Source: Planctomycetota bacterium (GTDB taxonomy: Bacteria; Planctomycetota; UBA1135; UBA2386). Taken from it: 64,000 bases of DNA. Positions within the stretch are counted from its first letter, which is position 1, and every line of letters begins with the position of its first letter. The stretch covers positions 5,536,001 through 5,600,000 of the forward strand of contig OZ245838.1 in assembly GCA_965228735.1 (NCBI GenBank). The letters run 5' to 3'. A program made the position numbers and the translations under genes. Shown here in pieces: positions 29,928 through 39,288 of this stretch. The notes beneath the pieces were generated by a model that was given only the letters and a program-made list of their open reading frames with translations, searched no databases and was not told the DNA's origin.

Positions 29928-30617
29928 TCAGACGAACTGCAGCCAGACGAACCCGAGCACTCCGACGTTGGTGACCGAATGCGCGAGGAACGGCGCACCG
30001 ATGCCGCCCGATCGCTGCCTCAACACGCCCAGTGCCAGGCCATAGGCTGCCAGGAACGGAAAGCTACCGACCATTTCCGGGCCGTGACCGAGGGCGAACG
30101 TCAGGGCGGTGAACAGAATCGTCAGCGCCGGGGGAGCCACGCGGCGAGCGGCCTCCCATAGCAGGCCGCGGAAGACGTATTCCTCCATCAGCGGGCCGAG
30201 GAGCGTCATGCTGAGCCATGCCGGGAGCCAGTAGAAGACCTGTCCGGGCGCGCGCATCTGCGGTGGTGCGACGGCATGCGCGAGGAGCCCGTAGCCGAGG
30301 GAACCCAGGGCCCCGAGCAGTCCGGTTGCGACCGCGATGGCTGCCCAGCCGGGCGTGATCCTGCGACCGACCACGCCGGGCCACGATCGTGGTCCGAGAA
30401 GCAGTAGGGCGCCGGACATCAGGGCGATGTGGATCAGGTTGCTCACTGGGTCCCACCACGGCCCCACGTATCCGGTCAGGATGGTCCAGCCGCCGACGGC
30501 AGGATCCATGTATGCGTCGGTCCCGATCGCCAGGAACAGGATGGCCGCGAGAGCGCCGCGGCGACGCGTTGCGGTCGGCCAGGCCTGCGACCGAGTGATC
30601 ATCGTGCCTTGAGCCAT
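29928..30617 (-). CDS. CPBP (CAAX/Abi) family intramembrane protease
   Basis: Multi-TM protein; PLMEEYVFRG, FALGH and AHSVTN motifs. Confidence 0.88.
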   Translation of the reverse strand: MAQGTMITRSQAWPTATRRRGALAAILFLAIGTDAYMDPAVGGWTILTGYVGPWWDPVSNLIHIALMSGALLLLGPRSWPGVVGRRITPGWAAIAVATGLLGALGSLGYGLLAHAVAPPQMRAPGQVFYWLPAWLSMTLLGPLMEEYVFRGLLWEAARRVAPPALTILFTALTFALGHGPEMVGSFPFLAAYGLALGVLRQRSGGIGAPFLAHSVTNVGVLGFVWLQFV

Positions 30618-31135
30618 ACCTGAACCGGCGGTCGAGCCGAAGTCGCAGAGTCGAGCTCTCGGATCGACAACGACTCGATGAGTTTGAACGTGGCCGCGTT
30701 CGCGGGCTCGCAGGACAGGCCGCGGAAGTCGGGCAGCCGGAACCGGTCGCCCACCTGCTCGAATCGCGGTCCGGCGATCGCGAGCAGCTCCGCGAACTCC
30801 GACTGCAGTGCGGTCCTGCCATCACACAGCAACCAGCCCTCCGGGGCTGACTCGGCCGTGCCGCGGATCATGACGACACTGCCGATCGGCCAGTCATCGC
30901 GGAACAGGGCGGCGCTCGAATCGCGTTCGTGCAGTCGCACGCCGTAGTGATCCCATTCGGCGCCCGCCGTGGCCCTCCCGGTTTCGCTCCACTTGTGCCA
31001 TGGGCGTAGCCAGGCCAAGAACAGGAGAACCAGGCCGACGTAGACCGGCCAGAACGACCAATGCCCGACCCAGCGGCCGATCGGGCCCGGTTCCGGTGAA
31101 GTTGGTCGACGCACGTTGCTCGTTGCCTCGGTCAT
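30599..31135 (-). CDS. Membrane-anchored phage tail-collar domain protein
   Basis: TM segment WPVYVGLVLLFLAW followed by PIGSV...APEGWLLCDG...FAELL..AG...FRLPDFRG. Confidence 0.75.
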   Translation of the reverse strand: MTEATSNVRRPTSPEPGPIGRWVGHWSFWPVYVGLVLLFLAWLRPWHKWSETGRATAGAEWDHYGVRLHERDSSAALFRDDWPIGSVVMIRGTAESAPEGWLLCDGRTALQSEFAELLAIAGPRFEQVGDRFRLPDFRGLSCEPANAATFKLIESLSIRELDSATSARPPVQVWLKAR

Positions 31136-31280
31136 CCTTCGGTTGTTGCCCCTGCATCTTCGGATCCAGCCTCGCCCTCGTCCACGTTCGCCCGTCGTCG
31201 GGAGCGCTGCTCAGCGCCCGACGTCGGCTGCGACCGCCACGGTCGTCGGTCGTTCTGCGCCGCAGGCAGTTGCCCGCGGC

Positions 31281-32375
31281 TCAGGGGTTGGTGACCAGGC
31301 TCGGCGTGCCGAGCGCGACGCCGGCAGGCGTCACGAAGGCCGTCTGCATCGCAACGATCGTCCCTGCCGGCAGCGGGGGGTGGGGCAGCGAGGCGGTGTG
31401 CAGTCGGGTGCCGGGAAACGCGGAGCCCGCCACGATCCAGAACGCCGCGGGCTCGATCCAGGCCAGCCCGAACTGCGTTCCGGACTCGGTTGCCGGCAGG
31501 CTCAGGAGGGTCAGGAACGGGGCGCCGGCAGGGCCGTGGGCCTGCATCGTGAGTTGCTGCCCGTTGGTCGATGCGACGAGGCTGCCGAACTCGAACGTCG
31601 CCACCGCGGCCGGCCCCGCGACGGCCGGTTGACCCGAGCCGGGAACGAGGCGGGAGCTCGGATCGAGCAGGATCGCTCCGCCGCTCGTGACGATCGCCGG
31701 ACTGCTCAGGCTGGCGACCAGGTCACTGCGCGTGATCGCCACTTCGCCGTCGACCAGGCGGGCCGCCGGGCTCGGGAACAAGCCGCCGTTCAACGTGCAG
31801 CTGACGAGCGCGGTGCGACCGCCGTCGATCGACAGTCCGGTCGAGAGGACCGGGTCGAAGCCGCATCCCGAGAACACGACGTTCGAGTCGACGACGTTGC
31901 TGCCGCGAAGCGCGACGCCCCCGAGGTGCAGCTGCGCGCAGTCGTTGGCGTCGACCTGCCAACGATTCAGTGCCGCTTGGCCCAGGTTCTCGAGCGTGAC
32001 GATGCCGCTGCAGTTGCTGACGCGGACCGTGGTGTCGCTCGGGGTTCCGGAGTTGCGCGTGACGAAACCGGTCATCGAGAAGGTCTCGCCGGCAGGCACG
32101 TCGTGGATTCGGTGCGGGAACAGCGCCCAGGCGAGCTGTGGCCCGCCGCGGCCGACGATGCGGATGCCCTTGTCGATGTCGAGCTGCAGCTGATGCACGC
32201 CGCCGAGTACGAGGACGGTGTCCCCGGCGTTCGCGGCCTGGACCGCCGCCGGGATCGTCGGGAAACCGCCGGTGCCGACGACGAGAGTCTGCTGGGCGTG
32301 GCCGCGGGCGGCGAGCGTGAAGAGCGCGACGGCGACGAGCGTCGCTGCGCGAAGACTTGGTCGAATCGGGTGCAT
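31281..32375 (-). CDS. Secreted protein with beta-helix-like N-terminus and a divergent recurrent C-terminal domain
   Basis: RBS AGGAG; signal ending GHA-QQ; 'FPTIPAAVQAANAGDTVLVLGG' is typical of beta-helix caps. Confidence 0.65.
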   Translation of the reverse strand: MHPIRPSLRAATLVAVALFTLAARGHAQQTLVVGTGGFPTIPAAVQAANAGDTVLVLGGVHQLQLDIDKGIRIVGRGGPQLAWALFPHRIHDVPAGETFSMTGFVTRNSGTPSDTTVRVSNCSGIVTLENLGQAALNRWQVDANDCAQLHLGGVALRGSNVVDSNVVFSGCGFDPVLSTGLSIDGGRTALVSCTLNGGLFPSPAARLVDGEVAITRSDLVASLSSPAIVTSGGAILLDPSSRLVPGSGQPAVAGPAAVATFEFGSLVASTNGQQLTMQAHGPAGAPFLTLLSLPATESGTQFGLAWIEPAAFWIVAGSAFPGTRLHTASLPHPPLPAGTIVAMQTAFVTPAGVALGTPSLVTNP

Positions 32376-32539
32376 TCCGTGCTCCTGGTCAGGGGCGAGG
32401 GACTCGCCGTCCTCGGTAGGACGTCGCGTCACGGCGTCTGCCACGGAAAGTCCGTGCCGTTCGGTCGAAAAGCGTCAGACGCCGAGCTGTAGAAGCAGGC
32501 CACGCAGCGCCCAGGATTGCGCGGCCGCCACCGACCGGA

Positions 32540-34276
32540 TCAGTTCACGTCGAGCGTCAATTCGACGCCGTTCGACGTGATCGCGCCGACCGAGTTGCCG
32601 AACGGCCAGGCGCTGATGACCGCCGGGTTGTAGGCGGCGCCCTGGACCACGATGTTCGTGCCCACGAGCCCCGTGTTGTTGGGGATGCCGAACGGGCTCG
32701 TCACGGTCATGCCCGGGGCGATGGCCAGGATCACGACCGCGTTCGAGCCGTAGTCCACGCAGCCCGGCATGCCGATCGGATCGAGCGGGGTGCCGGCGTT
32801 CGCGGTGCCGAGCGAATAGAGCACGCCGGCGATCGGGCTGCCCGCCGGGATGTGGTCGATCACGGTGTTGATCGTCGTTCCGATCACGGGCCGGGCGTCG
32901 GTGTCGGCGCTGAGCGCCGTGGTGCCGATGCCGGTCGAGGCGCCGGACAACGCCGACCAGTCGACTTCCGAAGGCGGCGCGAGCGGCTCGGCGGCGCCGG
33001 TCGTCGTGCCGGTGCTGAAACCGACGATCGCGGTGTTGGGGTTGGTCGGAGGCACGCTGCCGCCATTCCCGATGCTCGACCCGTAGGCCAGGTTGATGTT
33101 GCCGCCGGGCAACAGCTCGAGCTGGATGAAGTTCGGGATCGGCGTGATGCCCGCCGGGTCCGCCCAGTTGGGGATGTTGTCCCAGGTGATGCGGACGCCG
33201 CCGCCCGGGCTCGGGTCCTCGTACCACAGGTTGCCACCCGCGGTCGGGTCGAGATCGCACATGAACGCGGCGAGCATCGGCAGGCCGTCACCGGTCGTGC
33301 CCGCGAACGAGGTCGGGGTGAAGCCCGTGTTGGCGCCGTTGTTCGCGAACGTGTTGGAAGTCGTCAGGCCGAGCGCGACGCGCCCGTTCGAGTTGACCAT
33401 GATGTCGGTCGTGCTGCCGCCCGGTGCGGGCCCGGGGAACGGGAACGAGAACGGCAGCGTCATGTGAGCCGAGGCGTCGTCCCAAGTGCCCGTGACGGAG
33501 GTCGACGGTGTCTGCTGCGCGAGGTCGATGCCGTTCGCCGCCGCCGTCGCACCATCGTAGGGTGGGCCGCCCGGCACGACGATGTAGTTGCCGCCCGTGT
33601 TCGGGTCGGGCTGGTAGATCAGCAGCCACGACGTGTTGATGAGGTCGATCGGGCCCGTCGGTGGGCTCGGGAACTCTTCGTAGATCATGCGCCGGCTCTC
33701 GTAGCAGCCGCTGCCGAACGGGGCCTTGAGCGCGAAGCCCGCGCCGCCGGAGGTGTAGTGCAGGTTGACGTTGGCGACGCGCGGGTTGAACGGCGAGGTG
33801 TATTCGACGTTCTGCGCGGAGCCGGCGTTGAGGGTCAGCTCGGTCGTCGCGTAGACGTTGCCGTTGCCGGGGCTGACGCCGTTCGTGTAACGATGCGCCC
33901 AGGTGTCGGCCTTGAGCATGATGCCGTGGCTGCCGGGCGGCAGGACGATCGGCGAAGCGAGTAGGCAGATCGACGGTTGGTCCTGCCCCGCGAACGTGAC
34001 GGCATCACCGCTCGACACGGTCGTCCACGACGCGGGCGTGAGCTCGTTGCCGAGGAACGTTGTCGCGCAGGTGCGGACCTCGAGCGTGCCCGCGGTGCCG
34101 GTGCCGGCGCTCGAGTTGACGTCGATCTGGTGGATGGTCGTGGGCACGGTGACGGTCAGGTCGAACATCACGGTGCCGCCGGCCGACCCGCCGTTGTTCG
34201 AGGCGAAGACGGTCGTCAGGGGGGACTGCGCCGAGACCGCGGTGAGGGTCATGGCGATGGCTGCCAGGATTCGCAT
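32540..34276 (-). CDS. Secreted protein with recurrent C-terminal domain (paralog of 44625-45560)
   Basis: RBS AAGGAAGG; signal VSA-Q; C-terminus 'PVIG...IGMPGC...IPNNTGLVG...QGAAYNP...TSNGVELTL'. Confidence 0.75.
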   Translation of the reverse strand: MRILAAIAMTLTAVSAQSPLTTVFASNNGGSAGGTVMFDLTVTVPTTIHQIDVNSSAGTGTAGTLEVRTCATTFLGNELTPASWTTVSSGDAVTFAGQDQPSICLLASPIVLPPGSHGIMLKADTWAHRYTNGVSPGNGNVYATTELTLNAGSAQNVEYTSPFNPRVANVNLHYTSGGAGFALKAPFGSGCYESRRMIYEEFPSPPTGPIDLINTSWLLIYQPDPNTGGNYIVVPGGPPYDGATAAANGIDLAQQTPSTSVTGTWDDASAHMTLPFSFPFPGPAPGGSTTDIMVNSNGRVALGLTTSNTFANNGANTGFTPTSFAGTTGDGLPMLAAFMCDLDPTAGGNLWYEDPSPGGGVRITWDNIPNWADPAGITPIPNFIQLELLPGGNINLAYGSSIGNGGSVPPTNPNTAIVGFSTGTTTGAAEPLAPPSEVDWSALSGASTGIGTTALSADTDARPVIGTTINTVIDHIPAGSPIAGVLYSLGTANAGTPLDPIGMPGCVDYGSNAVVILAIAPGMTVTSPFGIPNNTGLVGTNIVVQGAAYNPAVISAWPFGNSVGAITSNGVELTLDVN

Positions 34277-34304
34277 GGATTCCTTCCTTTGGGAGAGAGG
34301 GTGA

Positions 34305-34326
34305 GAGGTTCCCGACTGGGAACCTC
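34305..34326 (-). promoter_or_regulatory. 9-bp hairpin/palindrome in the leader of the 34276 gene
   Basis: GAGGTTCCC-gact-GGGAACCTC, about 30 nt upstream of the start codon. Confidence 0.35.
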
Positions 34327-34506
34327 CCGCCCGGGCATTCTACCGGTCCGCGGAATCCCGGTTCGGCCTGGCGGGCGAAACCGTCTGGCTGGCTGCGCGG
34401 TCCGGGGGCTTTCGCCCGAATCCGAGCGCGCGCGCGACGCCTCGGGCGCTACTTCGCGATCGGCACGGTCATGCGGTGCGAACTTTCGAACAGCGACCCG
34501 GTGAAG

Positions 34507-35829
34507 TCAGTCGTCCTTGGTCCCGAACCCGTGTTTCCGCGGGTCGTACTTCACGTTCTTCCAGAGCTTCGAGTCGTCGGGCCAGCTCGCGAGGATCGCC
34601 TCCGCGCGGCGGATCAGGGTGTCGCGTTCGGCGGCGAGGTCCTCGGGGTCGAACTCGACGACCTCGTGGGGGTGCACACCGCGGCCCTCGATGCCCTTGC
34701 CGCCCGCGAAGCGCGCCTTGTTGGATCGCACGGAGACGTAGAGCGAGAACAGCTTCGACGGCAACTCGATCGTCGTCTTGCTCGACGACATGCCGGCGGT
34801 CGGGCTCTCGCCGATGCCGTAGGCGCGGCCGTCCTCGGTGAATTGGCCAGCACCCGTCTCGCCCGCGCTGCGACACGTTGCGTCGACGATGACGACGAGC
34901 GGACCGCCGAACGGGTTCTTGCCCGCACTCTGGTAGCCGCTGCCGACGTTCCACTTCACGCCCGGCGGCAGGAAGCGCCCGAACAACGCGCGGTGATCGA
35001 ACCCGCCGCCGCTGTTGCCGCGGAAGTCGAGGATCATGCCGGGCACGTTACCGATGCTCTGCAGCGCGTGGTCGACCTGCTCCGGCAACGTGCCCTTGCC
35101 GCGCCGCACGTGGATGTAGCCGAAGCCGTCCGGCGTCTTGCCGAAGTAGAGGTCCCGGTGGCGCGTCGTGCCCGCGGGGTGGAACGCGGGGCCGAGCGCG
35201 GTCTGGTTGAGCTTCTCGTAGCTGACCTTGCGTTTGCGCTTGCGCTTGCCGTCCTTGATCTCGAACGCGACCCGCGTGCCGGCGACGTCGCTGAGCCCCC
35301 AGTGTCGCGTGTAGAAATCGGCCTGGTGATCCGTCGAGAACGACCAGAGGTCACGCAGGTCCTCCGTGCGCGCGGCGAGCCACGCGTCGGCGGGCTGGCC
35401 GTCGATCTTCGTCACCTGCATGCCGGGCGTGAGCCCCGCGCTCTTGCTCGGACCCCACGCGTTCTTCACGTAGATCGCGTTCCCGATCCGGCAGAGGAAC
35501 AGTCCGGGACCGTGGTCGCGTTGCGGCCAGTCGACCTCGACGCCCTTGCCGGCCGGCAGCGGCCGCACGCTCGCGTGGCCGTCCTCGAGTCGCGCGAGCA
35601 GCCGCCAGAGCAGCAGCAGATGCTCCTCGTGCGTCTTGGTCTTCTTGCTCGCATCGAGCAGCGGCTTCGTCACCTTCTGCCAGCGGATCCCTTTGCTGTC
35701 GAGCAACGTCTTGCACTGCTTGCCGATCGCCGTGATCGCGAACTTCACGTCCGCCCGGTAGTCGACCTTCTGCGCGGCGAGCGGCGTCAGGACGGATACG
35801 GCGATCACGAGACTCGTTGTCGGGTTCAT
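34507..35829 (-). CDS. S41 family (tail-specific/tricorn-like) peptidase with PDZ domain
   Basis: Signal LAA-Q; LEDGHAS, AGLTPGMQVTKIDG (PDZ), MILDFRGNSGG, CRSAGE, IGESPTAG, IEGRGVHP. Confidence 0.87.
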   Translation of the reverse strand: MNPTTSLVIAVSVLTPLAAQKVDYRADVKFAITAIGKQCKTLLDSKGIRWQKVTKPLLDASKKTKTHEEHLLLLWRLLARLEDGHASVRPLPAGKGVEVDWPQRDHGPGLFLCRIGNAIYVKNAWGPSKSAGLTPGMQVTKIDGQPADAWLAARTEDLRDLWSFSTDHQADFYTRHWGLSDVAGTRVAFEIKDGKRKRKRKVSYEKLNQTALGPAFHPAGTTRHRDLYFGKTPDGFGYIHVRRGKGTLPEQVDHALQSIGNVPGMILDFRGNSGGGFDHRALFGRFLPPGVKWNVGSGYQSAGKNPFGGPLVVIVDATCRSAGETGAGQFTEDGRAYGIGESPTAGMSSSKTTIELPSKLFSLYVSVRSNKARFAGGKGIEGRGVHPHEVVEFDPEDLAAERDTLIRRAEAILASWPDDSKLWKNVKYDPRKHGFGTKDD

Positions 35830-35909
35830 GGTGGCCCTCGGAATGCGCGGCGATTCGGTTCCGGCAACGAGGATAGCGGCGCGCGGCGGTATCGTCGCGG
35901 CCGCGCGCC

Positions 35910-36998
35910 ATGAACTCGAACCCGACGCCACTCTCGTTCCTCGCCCGCCTCGCCGTGACCGTCGTCGCCGGTCTCGCGAGCGGCTGCTCGATGCTGCCGG
36001 TCGATGTCACGACGATCAAACCGGCGCCGCTCGAACCCGGCGACACGATCATGTTCGTCGCGCCGGCTGGCGAGCTCGATCGCGAACGCATGATGCGGGC
36101 GAAGGAGCGGCTCGAAGCGATGGGCTTTCGGGTCAAGCATCGCGACGACCTGTTTCGGCAGTTCGGCTACCTCGCCGGCACGGACGACCAGCGCGCCGCC
36201 GAGTTGATGGCGGCCTTCGAGGATCCGGAGGTCGACGCGGTCTTTCCCGGCACGGGTGGCTATGGCGTGACCCGCATCCTCGACCGGCTCGACTACGACG
36301 TGATCCGGCGCAATCCCAAGATCCTGATCGGCTTCAGCGACATCACGGGCCTGCATCTCGCGATCGGGCGGCGGGCCGGGCTCGTCACGTTCCACTCGCC
36401 GAATCCGATGTGGGGGCTCGGGAGCGAGGGCGACCTCACCGAGTTCAGCGCGCGCTACTTCTGGCGCGCGTTGCTCGCGAAACGCTACGTCGACCGCGAC
36501 GGGGAACGCCTCCCGTCGGGCTGGACCTACGAGGTGCCGCCGGACATCGAGCAGCCGCAGGTGCTGGTCGCCGGAACGGGGCGTGGGCGGCTCGTCGGCG
36601 GCAACTTCTCGCTCATCGCCGCGACGATGGGCACGCCGTACGAGGTCGACACGCGCGGCGCGATCCTGTTCCTCGAAGACGTGAGCGAGGCGCCGTATCG
36701 CATCGACCGCTACCTCTCGACGCTGAAGCTGGCCGGCAAGCTCGACGAGCTCCAGGGTGTGATCCTCGGCAAGTTCACGCGCACGCGACGGCGCGGCGAG
36801 GGACCGTCGAAGTTCACGATCGAGCGCGTGTTCGACATGTATTTCGGCGACGCGGACTACCCGGTGATCTCCGAGTTCCCGGCCGGGCACTTCGAGCACA
36901 ACGCGACGCTGCCGCTCGGGGCGATGTTCGAGCTCGAAGCCGACGCCGCGGGTTGCCGCGTGACGCTCCTCGAGGACCCCGTGGACCTGGGTCGTTGA
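35910..36998 (+). CDS. LD-carboxypeptidase (peptidase S66), putative lipoprotein
   Basis: LAGTDDQRA, GGYG, GFSDITGL, GGNFS, LFLEDV, AGH; lipobox-like ASGC. Confidence 0.92.
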   Translation: MNSNPTPLSFLARLAVTVVAGLASGCSMLPVDVTTIKPAPLEPGDTIMFVAPAGELDRERMMRAKERLEAMGFRVKHRDDLFRQFGYLAGTDDQRAAELMAAFEDPEVDAVFPGTGGYGVTRILDRLDYDVIRRNPKILIGFSDITGLHLAIGRRAGLVTFHSPNPMWGLGSEGDLTEFSARYFWRALLAKRYVDRDGERLPSGWTYEVPPDIEQPQVLVAGTGRGRLVGGNFSLIAATMGTPYEVDTRGAILFLEDVSEAPYRIDRYLSTLKLAGKLDELQGVILGKFTRTRRRGEGPSKFTIERVFDMYFGDADYPVISEFPAGHFEHNATLPLGAMFELEADAAGCRVTLLEDPVDLGR

Positions 36999-37002
36999 GG
37001 TC

Positions 37003-39276
37003 GTGCGTTACCTGACTTCGACGTTGTCCGTTCTCGCGTTCCCGCTCGCCCCTGCCGCGCTCTGCGGTCTCGTCGCGACCGCTGCCGCGCAGGAGCCGCG
37101 GATCGGCGGCCAGGCGCGGCTCGACGCGTGGGAGCTGCACCGCGCGCTCGCGCAGGAGTCGCCGTTCGGTCATCTACGTTGGCGGGCGATGGGGCCGAAG
37201 TTCGCGGGCGGTCGCATCGAGTCGATCGACGTGCCGCGAGGTGATCTGGCGACGATCTACGCGTGTGCCGGCGCCGGCGGCATCTTCAAGTCGACGAATG
37301 GCGGGCTCACGTTCGCGTCGATCTTCGACGAGCAGTCGACGTTCGCGATCGGCGACCTCGCGATCGCGCCGAGCGACCCGAACGTGCTCTGGGTCGGCAC
37401 CGGCGAGTGTCACCTGTCGCGGTCGTCGTACGCGGGCAACGGCGTCTATCGGTCGACGGATGCGGGCGCGACGTGGACGCACATGGGGCTGCCCGAGAGC
37501 GCGCACATCGGCAAGGTCGTGATCGACCCGCGCGACCCCGACGTCGTGTTCGTGGCCGCGATGGGGCGTAAGAACGGCGGCGGCGAACGGGGCATCTACA
37601 AGACGACGGATGGTGGGGCGACGTTCCGCCGCGTGCTGTTCGAGGACGACCACACGGCGTTCGTCGACCTCGTGCAGGATCCGCACGACCCGGACCGGCT
37701 CTACTGCTCGTCGTGGGATCGGCGGCGCGGCCCGGGCAGCGGCGTCCATCGCAGTGACGACGGCGGTGAGACGTGGCGGCGGCTCGCCGGCGGACTGCTC
37801 GAGAAGACCGCGGATCGCGTCGCGATCGACGTGGCCGCGTCCGCGCCCGGCGTCGTCTACGCGCTCATGGCGGATCGATCGTCGCCGCAGCTGCAGAAGC
37901 GTCGGAACGCGGCGCTGCTCTACCGGTCGGGCGACCACGGCGACAGCTGGACGCAGGTGCACGACGGGCCGGTGCCGACCTACGTCGGCTGGGATTTCTG
38001 CGATCTGCGTGTCGCCCCGGACGACGCCGATCGCGTCTACGTCGGCGGGCTGCGGCTCATCGTGTCGCGCGATGGTGGGAAGTCGTTCGAGGGCGAGTGC
38101 GGCTTCGCCGTGAACACGAAGAAGGACGAGGTCTTCCGGCTGCATCGGCATCGCGGCGTCGGGATGCATCTCGACGTGCACGAGATCACGATCGATCCGG
38201 AGCATCCCGAGCGCGTGCTGCTCGGCAACGACGGCGGGCTCTACGTGTCGTGGGATCGCGGCGCGACGTGGCTGCATCTCAACAACCTGCCGATTCCCGA
38301 GCTCTACAAGCTGCACCTCGACGACGCGGAGCCGTTCCGGATCTGGACCGGCAGTCAGGACAACGCGTCGTTCGTGGGGCCAGCGACGGCGCGGCTGCGG
38401 GACGGGGTCGACGACGATTGGCAGCAGGTCTTCCTCGATCCATGGACCGGCGGCGACGGGTTCGCGACGTTCCCGGATCCGCACGACCCGGAGATCACGT
38501 ACTACACGCAGCAGAACGGCGCGCTGATGCGCAGCCGTCTCGGTCGACTGCGGCCCGAGAAGAGCATTCGCCCGCGCGGCGAACGTGGCGAGCTGCGTTT
38601 TGCCTGGGACACGCCGTTCTTCGCGTCGGTGCACGAGGGGCCGCCCGAGGAGAAGACCGTGCTCTACTGCGCCGCGCAGCGCGTCTTCCGGTCCACGGAC
38701 CGCGGCGATTCATGGCAGGCGATCAGCGGCGACCTCGTGCCCGGCGGGATCCTGTCGATGCACGAGTCACCGCTGGACGAGAAGCGCCTCGCCGTCGGCG
38801 GGGGCCGCGGGCAGGTGCACCTCACGGCGGACGGCGGCGCGACGTGGCAGGCGGCCGGGGTCGGGCTGCCGCGGAAGCGGCTCCGTGACGTGCTGCTGTC
38901 GGCGCACGCGAAGGAGCGGGTGTTCGCCGTCTTGTCCGGCAAGGGCGATTCGGACTGCGCGAGCTACGTGTATCGGTCGGACGACTTCGGCAGGACGTGG
39001 CGGGCCATCGCGGCCAACCTGCCGCACGAGTCGCTCAACGCGATCGCCGAGGATCCGCGCACCGCGGACCTGCTGTTCGTCGGCAGCGACCTCGGGGCCT
39101 ACGTGTCGCTCGATGGTGGCGAGCGCTGGGAGTCGTTGTGTCAGCGGCTGCCGACGACGCCCGTCGTGGACCTCGCGGTCCACGGGCGCGATGGCAAGCT
39201 CGTGATCGCGACGCACGGCCGCGGCGTGTTCTTGCTGGACATCACGCCGATCCGCGCGCTCCGGAAGCAGGACTGA
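37003..39276 (+). CDS. VPS10/BNR-repeat glycosyl hydrolase-like protein
   Basis: WRAMGP..GGR, many SxDxGxTW Asp-boxes, LGNDGG, GGDG, ATHGRG. Confidence 0.88.
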   Translation: MRYLTSTLSVLAFPLAPAALCGLVATAAAQEPRIGGQARLDAWELHRALAQESPFGHLRWRAMGPKFAGGRIESIDVPRGDLATIYACAGAGGIFKSTNGGLTFASIFDEQSTFAIGDLAIAPSDPNVLWVGTGECHLSRSSYAGNGVYRSTDAGATWTHMGLPESAHIGKVVIDPRDPDVVFVAAMGRKNGGGERGIYKTTDGGATFRRVLFEDDHTAFVDLVQDPHDPDRLYCSSWDRRRGPGSGVHRSDDGGETWRRLAGGLLEKTADRVAIDVAASAPGVVYALMADRSSPQLQKRRNAALLYRSGDHGDSWTQVHDGPVPTYVGWDFCDLRVAPDDADRVYVGGLRLIVSRDGGKSFEGECGFAVNTKKDEVFRLHRHRGVGMHLDVHEITIDPEHPERVLLGNDGGLYVSWDRGATWLHLNNLPIPELYKLHLDDAEPFRIWTGSQDNASFVGPATARLRDGVDDDWQQVFLDPWTGGDGFATFPDPHDPEITYYTQQNGALMRSRLGRLRPEKSIRPRGERGELRFAWDTPFFASVHEGPPEEKTVLYCAAQRVFRSTDRGDSWQAISGDLVPGGILSMHESPLDEKRLAVGGGRGQVHLTADGGATWQAAGVGLPRKRLRDVLLSAHAKERVFAVLSGKGDSDCASYVYRSDDFGRTWRAIAANLPHESLNAIAEDPRTADLLFVGSDLGAYVSLDGGERWESLCQRLPTTPVVDLAVHGRDGKLVIATHGRGVFLLDITPIRALRKQD

Positions 39277-39288
39277 ACGGTCGGTGCC

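Noticed and set aside
30599..31135. Prophage
   Set aside because: Only an isolated tail-collar domain; no integrase, capsid, terminase or att-like repeats seen.
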